A DNA stretch of 64,000 nucleotides from an uncultured Haloferula sp. (GTDB taxonomy: Bacteria; Verrucomicrobiota; Verrucomicrobiia; Verrucomicrobiales; Akkermansiaceae). The position numbers were made by a program, and so were the translations under genes. Position 1 is the first letter of the stretch. Every line of letters starts with the position of its first letter. Below are positions 58,171-64,000 of the stretch, one piece after another. The stretch spans positions 64,001 to 128,000 of the forward strand of contig CBFGTS010000009.1 in the NCBI GenBank assembly GCA_965652295.1, read 5' to 3'. Under the pieces are notes generated by a model. That model made no database searches. It saw only the letters and a program-made list of their open reading frames with translations, and was not told the DNA's origin.

Positions 58171-58863
58171 CTACCCTACGTTCGTAGCAGCCAGCAAATC
58201 TTCCCACCCTGCCGGGTCCGTCAAATCATCCAACACCCTCCAGGCCCCAGCCAACTCGGACGCGGGAATATGACCGGTGGCCACCGCCAGGCAGCGGGCA
58301 TCGATCGCTCGGGCGCAGGCGATGTCTTTCGGCGTGTCGCCGACGATCACGATCTCATCGGCATCGAAAACCCGACCCGCATGCGCCGCGGCGCGTTCGA
58401 GGGCGACAGGTCCGAGGCGGTCGCGGTCGGCATGATCGCAGCCGTAGGCACCAAAAGTGAAAAACCGGTCGAGCCCGAAATGGCGCATCTTCACCCACGC
58501 GCCTTCCTTGATGTTCCCCGTGAGGAGTCCCACCACCGCATCGGGCTCGCGGGCAAGACGCCCGAGCATTTCCTCCACTCCGGGCAGCACCCGGCCGGGG
58601 TAATCGCCGCTGGATAAATGAAACTCCAGCCGCTCCAGATAAGCCTCGTAAAACCTGTTGGAGGCATCCGGACAAACCGCCCGCGCGAAGTGGCGGAACA
58701 TGCCGGCGAGGATGCCGCTATCGGTCGCGCCGCAGAGATTCAACTTGGGACCGCGATCGCCAAACACCCGCTCGGCGGCATCGCCGAGCGCGGTGAGGCC
58801 GGCACCGCCGGTATCGACCAGGGTGCCGTCAATATCGAACAACCACAGCGAGACGCGCGGCAT
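58171..58863 (-). CDS. HAD-superfamily hydrolase
   Basis: LFDIDGTL, LLTGN and VGDTPKD. Confidence 0.9.
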   Translation of the reverse strand: MPRVSLWLFDIDGTLVDTGGAGLTALGDAAERVFGDRGPKLNLCGATDSGILAGMFRHFARAVCPDASNRFYEAYLERLEFHLSSGDYPGRVLPGVEEMLGRLAREPDAVVGLLTGNIKEGAWVKMRHFGLDRFFTFGAYGCDHADRDRLGPVALERAAAHAGRVFDADEIVIVGDTPKDIACARAIDARCLAVATGHIPASELAGAWRVLDDLTDPAGWEDLLAATNVG

Positions 58864-59582
58864 CAGGCGGACTTCCCGCTCTCTTCCGCTTCAGCTTCCT
58901 CCGCTTCCTCGATGTCATCCGCCTCGTCATCGTCCTCGGAAGTCACGACGACATCGTCGTCCTCTTCCTCGTCGTCATCGAAGTCGTCTTCGTCGATCAA
59001 CTCACCGTGGAAGAGCTGGAACCGGCGCTTGCGGTGATGTGGTGGCAGTGGCGAGAGGGTCATGCCGACCATCCGGCCCTGAAGGCGCGGCTCCTGATCC
59101 ACATTGGCCATCGTTTTGAGGTCGCCGATGATCCGCTGCATCTTCTCGAAGCCCAGCTCGCGGTGCGCATTCTCGCGGCCGCGGAACTGGAGCACCACTC
59201 GAACCTTGTGACCTTCGTCGAGGAAAGTCTCCAGGCGGTTCAGCTTGATGTTGTAGTCGTGCTGCTCGGTCCGGACGCGGAACTTCACCTCCTTCATTTT
59301 GGTGGCGCTCTGCGACTTCTTCTGAGTCTTTTTCAACTTGGCCTGCTCGTACTTGAACTTGCCGTAGTCAATGATCCGACACACCGGCGGGTCCGCCTTG
59401 GCGGCGATCTCGACGAGGTCGAGCCCGACCAGCTTCGCCTTCGCGAGGGCCTCCTGGGCGCTCATGATCCCGAGCTGTTGGCCGTCCGGCAGGACGACGC
59501 GCACGCGCGGGGCGCGAATCCGTTCGTTGACCCGCGTCATGTCGCGCGGTTCCCTTCTGAAGCGTTTCTTTGGCTTGGCTAT
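58863..59582 (-). CDS. infC: Translation initiation factor IF-3 with an acidic C-terminal extension; probable ATA start (first in-frame ATG at 59540)
   Basis: RVNERI, LDLVEI...PPVCRIIDYGKFKYE, KEVKFR and FRGRE, downstream of thrS. Confidence 0.93.
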   Translation of the reverse strand: MAKPKKRFRREPRDMTRVNERIRAPRVRVVLPDGQQLGIMSAQEALAKAKLVGLDLVEIAAKADPPVCRIIDYGKFKYEQAKLKKTQKKSQSATKMKEVKFRVRTEQHDYNIKLNRLETFLDEGHKVRVVLQFRGRENAHRELGFEKMQRIIGDLKTMANVDQEPRLQGRMVGMTLSPLPPHHRKRRFQLFHGELIDEDDFDDDEEEDDDVVVTSEDDDEADDIEEAEEAEAEESGKSA

Positions 59583-59713
59583 GGTCTTGGTCGGTGCGGG
59601 TTCAGTGCGACGCGGAAATGGATGTCATGAAAGACATCGGGACCGCGAAGGTTGGTTCGGAACGATGGACGTGAGCTTCGATCATGCGGAGTCACGGGAG
59701 GTGGCGCCGGTCA

Positions 59714-61588
59714 TCAAAGGGACCGGTGGGTGATTTCCTCGCATATCGTTCCAATGAAATCATCGAGAGGCATGGAGCCGAGGTCCTCCCGCTCGCGGTG
59801 GCGGACACTGACCGTGCCTTCCTCCACCTCGCGGGCGCCTAGAACGAGCATATAAGGCACCCTTTCCATGCGGGCAAGACGAATCTTGGCACCGACTTTG
59901 TCCGAGGTGCGGTCGAGCGAAACGCGCACGCCGGCGTCGGCGAGCTTCTTCGTCACACCCTCGGCGGCTTCCAGAAACTTGTCGGAAATCGGCAGCACGC
60001 GCACCTGCTCGGGCGAGAGCCAGGTCGGGAACTTGCCTTCGAAGTGCTCGATCAGCAGGCCGGTAAAGCGTTCGAGCGAACCGAACGGCGCGCGGTGGAT
60101 CATCACCGGGCGGTGCGTTTTGTTGTCGGCACCCACATATTCGAGGCCGAAGCGCTCAGGCAGGTTGTAGTCCACCTGCACGGTGCCGAGCTGCCAGTCG
60201 CGGCCGATCACGTCCTTGACGATGAAGTCGATCTTCGGCCCGTAAAAGGCGGCCTCGCCCTCGGCCTCGATGTAATCGACGCCCAACGCCTGCACCGCCT
60301 CGCGCAGCGCGGCCTCGGCCTTGTCCCAGTTTTCCGGCGAGCCGACGTATTTGTCGCTGTCCGGATCGCGCAGCGAAAGCCGGACCCGGTAGTCGGTCAT
60401 GCCGAGCGTGTTGAGCACCGTTTTCACGAGCCCCAGACAGCCTTGGATCTCTCCGGAGACCTGCTCCGGCGTGCAGAACAGGTGGGCATCGTCCTGGGTG
60501 AAACCGCGGACCCGCGTCATGCCACCCAGCTCGCCGCTCTGCTCCCAGCGGTAAACGGTACCGAACTCGGCCAGGCGCACCGGCAGATCGCGGTACGAGC
60601 GGTGCTCGCTGGCGTAGATCTTGATATGGTGCGGGCAGTTCATTGGCTTGAGCAGGTAGCCTTCGTATTCGCCCTGCTCGAGACCGTTGATGAGCTGATC
60701 GCAGCTCGCTTTTTCATCGGCCAGCTTCTCCAGCGTGTCCCGCTCGGCGATCGGTGGATACTGGCTTTCCTGGTAATACGGGAAGTGGCCGGACGTGCGG
60801 TAGAGATCGAGCTTGCCGATGTGCGGCGTGAAGACCTGCGAGTAGCCCTGCTTGTCGAGCTCCGCGGTGATGAAATCCTGCAGCGCGCGGCGCACCAGCC
60901 CGCCTTTCGGTTTCCATAGGATCAATCCCTGGCCGACGGCTTCATCGATGTGGAAAAGCTGCAACTCGCGGCCCAGCTTTCGGTGGTCGCGCTTCTTCGC
61001 CTCCTCAAGGCGCTGGAGGTGCTGGTCCAGCTCGTCCTTCGTCGGGAAAGCCGTGCCGTAGAGGCGCTGGAGCTGCCCTTTCGACTCGTCGCCCATGTAG
61101 AAAGAGGAGGAGACGTTCATCAGCTTCACGTGCTTGGTTTTCGCCGTCGAGCCGACGTGCGGACCGGCGCAGAGGTCGATGAACTCGCCGTTTTGGAAAC
61201 AGGAGATCTCCTCGCCTTCGGGAATCTTCTCGATCAGGTCGAGCTTGAAACGACTGGCATTGCCCGGGCGCTCCGAAAGCCCGCCGAGGCGACCGCTCTC
61301 CGCCATCGCTCGCGCTTCTTCGCGCGAGACGACCTTCTTTTCGAAGCGCTGATTCTCCTTCGCGATCTTGCGCATTTCCGTCTCGATCCGCTCGAAGTCG
61401 TCCGGGGTGATCCGGTGCTTCATTTCGAAATCGTAATAAAAACCGTTCTCCACCGGCGGACCATAGGCGAACTGGGCGTCGGGCCAGATGCGGAGGATCG
61501 CGGTAGCCATCACGTGGGCGCAGGAGTGCCGGAGGCGCTCCAGATCGGACATCTGCTCACGTTCTTCGAGGGTCTTCCGTTCGGACAT
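59714..61588 (-). CDS. thrS: Threonine--tRNA ligase
   Basis: LRHSCAHVMA, DLCAGPH, RDHRKLG, KPMNCPHH, RVRGFTQDDAH and IHRAPFGSLERF. Start MSERKT at 61588. Confidence 0.97.
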   Translation of the reverse strand: MSERKTLEEREQMSDLERLRHSCAHVMATAILRIWPDAQFAYGPPVENGFYYDFEMKHRITPDDFERIETEMRKIAKENQRFEKKVVSREEARAMAESGRLGGLSERPGNASRFKLDLIEKIPEGEEISCFQNGEFIDLCAGPHVGSTAKTKHVKLMNVSSSFYMGDESKGQLQRLYGTAFPTKDELDQHLQRLEEAKKRDHRKLGRELQLFHIDEAVGQGLILWKPKGGLVRRALQDFITAELDKQGYSQVFTPHIGKLDLYRTSGHFPYYQESQYPPIAERDTLEKLADEKASCDQLINGLEQGEYEGYLLKPMNCPHHIKIYASEHRSYRDLPVRLAEFGTVYRWEQSGELGGMTRVRGFTQDDAHLFCTPEQVSGEIQGCLGLVKTVLNTLGMTDYRVRLSLRDPDSDKYVGSPENWDKAEAALREAVQALGVDYIEAEGEAAFYGPKIDFIVKDVIGRDWQLGTVQVDYNLPERFGLEYVGADNKTHRPVMIHRAPFGSLERFTGLLIEHFEGKFPTWLSPEQVRVLPISDKFLEAAEGVTKKLADAGVRVSLDRTSDKVGAKIRLARMERVPYMLVLGAREVEEGTVSVRHREREDLGSMPLDDFIGTICEEITHRSL

Positions 61589-61755
61589 GCGGCCCCGGAG
61601 AAAGCAGACCTGAGGCGGACTTACAACCGCGAATCGGGACAAGGACGGCGGCCTTCCGGGGAATTGATCGCAGGACGAGCGGACACAATGGACGGCTCCT
61701 TCCACCATCCACCGCCGGGCTCCTGAGCTTTTTGAAAAAAAATTCTCAGAAACTT

Positions 61756-61782
61756 TGAACGTCTCGTTAGGTGGACGGTCTA
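61756..61782 (+). promoter_or_regulatory. Putative ECF-sigma-type promoter
   Basis: TGAAC-N16-GGTCTA, preceded by an A/T tract (tttttgaaaaaaaatt). Confidence 0.45.
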
Positions 61783-61786
61783 TCCC

Positions 61787-61912
61787 ACTGAACACCGTGA
61801 CAAGCGGGTTCAAAGTAAGGGTAACAGCACAGTCGATTTTTCCCATGGGTGTGGGAATTTTGACCAACTTGAGGCCGCCGGACGTGGGACTCCGGCGGCC
61901 TCGTCCTTTTTC
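61787..61912 (+). ncRNA. Candidate structured small RNA
   Basis: Two hairpins plus a 12-bp GC terminator stem and T-run on the + strand, where no + strand protein gene exists. Confidence 0.5.
61871..61912 (+). terminator. Intrinsic terminator
   Basis: gaggccgccgga-cgtgggac-tccggcggcctc-gtccttttt. Confidence 0.7.
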
Positions 61913-61990
61913 CGTGGCCTCGGTTCCGCGGTCCCATCGTGATCGAAAGAATGCCGGTCCAGATCCTTTTCTTCCGAGCTTCCCAAACGG

Positions 61991-62020
61991 AAAAAGGCCC
62001 CCGGGGAGTCCCGGGAGCCT
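61991..62020 (-). terminator. Intrinsic terminator for the 62042-63094 gene
   Basis: On the minus strand, aggctcccggg-actc-cccgggggcc-ttttt. Confidence 0.8.
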
Positions 62021-62041
62021 CTTCACGTAGGCTGAACGTCC

Positions 62042-63094
62042 TCAATCGTTCCGTGCGGAGGCTTGACTCCGTTCGTCCTGACTCTGGCTGTTCCGGGCGC
62101 TGGAGCCCTGCTGCGAGCCGGAGCCGCGGAGCCGCGTCTGGTCGCCCTCAACACGAATCTTCTTCGCGACGATCAGCGTCTTGCCGTCGACCTTCTTGCG
62201 GTCGCCCTGAATCCAGACGGTGTCGCCCTTGTCCAGGTTCAGATCGCTCAGCTCGGTGCCGGCACCAAGGTCGGCGACGCAGCTGCGGCCGTCCTTCATT
62301 TCAAGACGCACCACAAGGTTGTCCTCACGCTGCTGGTTATCGAGGTCGACCTTCGTGACGTCCTCCAGCGTGCCGCGGCGTGTGATTGGGTTCTGGTTCG
62401 AACGATTTTGCTGGGAGTTCTGTGACAGGTCCGGCTGGTTGCGATCCTGCACGCGGAACGTCTCTCCGCCGGTGCGGATACGGTTCGCCAGGATCACCTT
62501 GCGCCCGTCCACCTTCGCCACCGGTCCGGAGACCGAAATGCGGTCGCCTTTTTCAAGGTCGAGTTCGCCGACGCTCTTGTCGCTGCCGAGGCTGATCACC
62601 CGGCTCTTGCCGTCCTGCAGATTCACCTTCACGAACGAATGCGATTCTTTCACGCCCTTCTGGTCGGTCAGGTCGACCTGGCGGAAACCATCGATGGTCC
62701 CTTGAAGGCGCGCGGTCTGACGGTCGGAGGAGCGGTTGTTCCGGTTCGAGGCCTGCTGCTGATTCGAGGTGTCCTCGGTCCAGTCGGTTTCGACAGGATC
62801 CCAGTAGTAGTAGACGTACCCGACGGGGTCATAGAGGCCGTAGGTGTCGTAAGTGTCATCCCAATAAGTGTCGGACCAGTCGGTGTCCGACTCATACGAG
62901 ATCTGGTTGTCATCGTTGAACCAATCGCCCGGATCATACCACTCTTCCTCGTGGTAGCCCTTCTCGGCGTCATATTCGATCTCGGTGTCGGCAAATGCCG
63001 CGCCGGAGCCAAGCCCGACGGCAAGGGCCGTGCCGAGCGCCAGTCTCCTGAGTGAACGGCGGCTCAAGTACATTATGTCTTGTGTCTTCTTCAT
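62042..63094 (-). CDS. Secreted protein with an acidic/aromatic N-region and two tandem OB-fold-like domains
   Basis: Signal peptide (SRRSLRR, possibly Tat). Repeats LDLEKGDRISVSG..KVDGRKVILANRI and LNLDKGDTVWIQG..KVDGKTLIVAKKI. Confidence 0.8.
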   Translation of the reverse strand: MKKTQDIMYLSRRSLRRLALGTALAVGLGSGAAFADTEIEYDAEKGYHEEEWYDPGDWFNDDNQISYESDTDWSDTYWDDTYDTYGLYDPVGYVYYYWDPVETDWTEDTSNQQQASNRNNRSSDRQTARLQGTIDGFRQVDLTDQKGVKESHSFVKVNLQDGKSRVISLGSDKSVGELDLEKGDRISVSGPVAKVDGRKVILANRIRTGGETFRVQDRNQPDLSQNSQQNRSNQNPITRRGTLEDVTKVDLDNQQREDNLVVRLEMKDGRSCVADLGAGTELSDLNLDKGDTVWIQGDRKKVDGKTLIVAKKIRVEGDQTRLRGSGSQQGSSARNSQSQDERSQASARND

Positions 63095-63231
63095 GGTTTT
63101 CTGCGGTTGGGGTTGCTGTTTCCGACGTCCACAGCCGGCGAGCGTTCGCCCACCTCAAGGGTGCCGATTTTCCGCACCCGCGGCGGCCAGCCCGGGAGGC
63201 GGCCGATCGTGGACATCCACGGATTTGAACT

Positions 63232-63247
63232 CGCAATGGCTGTACCG
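63232..63247 (-). promoter_or_regulatory. Putative sigma54 -24/-12 promoter
   Basis: Minus strand CGGTAC-AGCCA-TTGCG, with correct GG-N10-GC spacing, about 140 bp upstream of ATG 63094. Confidence 0.35.
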
Positions 63248-63446
63248 ACCCCACCCGGGCGCCACCTCCACCTCCGTGAGTCCACGGCCTTTCAAGCCTC
63301 ACGCACCTTGAGAAAATACGTGGTTCTGTTAGAAAGCAATTCCTCGGAGGAGCCTCGGGCTTCCGGCACCGCACGATGCAACCCCGATCGAGCGGAATGC
63401 GAAGAAGCTCTGGCGATTCTTGCGACTCGACGGAGAAGCCAGATCG

Positions 63447-64000
63447 TCACGGCTCGAACCACGGCTGCCCGGGCGCGGCCTCGATGCCCATCACCCGCCG
63501 GACAGCGCGCGGGTAGCTGACGTTCTCGGAATTCTCCAGCTCCAGCCGGTCGATGACCCTCAGCAAATGGCCGGCATCTTCCGATTCCGCCGCCACCGTT
63601 TGCAACACCGCTCCATTGACCTTCACCTCATCGAATTCCACCCGGCAGCCATCGATCCGGAACTTCCACCTCTTCTTCTCCACCCACGCCGCCGCCACCC
63701 GCGAGTGGGTGCCGATGACCTCCCGCACCAGCTCCATCAGGGAGAACGACGTCCGCCGGGCGTCCAGCGGGTCCACCCCCAGATCCGGCCCCAGAGGCCC
63801 GCCAACGAACTCCCGCGACAAGGGCAGTGGCTTCTTCGCCACCGGTTTCCAGCGCTCCAAGCCATCCCTCCGCTCGATCAAAAGCTTCATCTCCAGCGCG
63901 CTGCCTCGGATCTTCACGTTCCGGCTCCAGGCGTTCCGCTCCCGGCTGACCAAGTAGGTCTCGCTGCTCTCCACCACCTCCTCGACCTCCGCCACCCCAC
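63447..64000 (-). CDS. Hypothetical protein, possibly CYTH/triphosphate-tunnel-like; 5' end probably outside the window
   Basis: ETYLV, NVKIR, KKRW, VEFDEV, TVAAESE and NVSYP pattern. Confidence 0.55.
   Translation of the reverse strand, partial: GVAEVEEVVESSETYLVSRERNAWSRNVKIRGSALEMKLLIERRDGLERWKPVAKKPLPLSREFVGGPLGPDLGVDPLDARRTSFSLMELVREVIGTHSRVAAAWVEKKRWKFRIDGCRVEFDEVKVNGAVLQTVAAESEDAGHLLRVIDRLELENSENVSYPRAVRRVMGIEAAPGQPWFEP

Noticed and set aside
61755..62030. 91-aa plus-strand ORF over the sRNA candidate, and the 146-aa extension of thrS
   Set aside because: The ORF starts inside the promoter-like motif, runs through two terminators and is not protein-like. The thrS extension likewise crosses terminator hairpins.

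Overview
A GC-rich bacterial chromosome segment, most likely from Verrucomicrobiota (Haloferula/Luteolibacter-like; inferred from the PEP-CTERM proteins, the DGxPDxWE repeat surface protein, LpxI and the orphan rpsN). It is mostly housekeeping: rlmN, rapA, argG, trkAH, an LptF/G permease, SulP, ybeY, uvrB, lpxI, tRNA-Leu(CAA), rpsN, deoB, folP, cutA, a PAS kinase with a sigma54 regulator, xseB-dxs, priA, infC and thrS. It also carries envelope genes: a LamG repeat protein, two PEP-CTERM proteins, MMPL, LolA and a TonB-dependent receptor. I found no integrase, transposase, prophage or CRISPR array. The most interesting signals are non-coding or sub-genic: (1) a candidate three-hairpin small RNA with an ECF-like promoter and its own terminator, divergent from thrS; (2) a 7-bp-periodic palindrome sitting in frame inside priA; (3) a decayed duplicate of the priA 5' end 166 bp upstream; (4) several REP/REPIN and 7/9-bp periodic repeat families; (5) an orphan flavin halogenase-like gene near an MMPL/LolA pair; (6) a zincin-like protein lacking its metal ligands; (7) a probable ATA start for infC. 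All calls come from motif recognition by eye; no database search was run.
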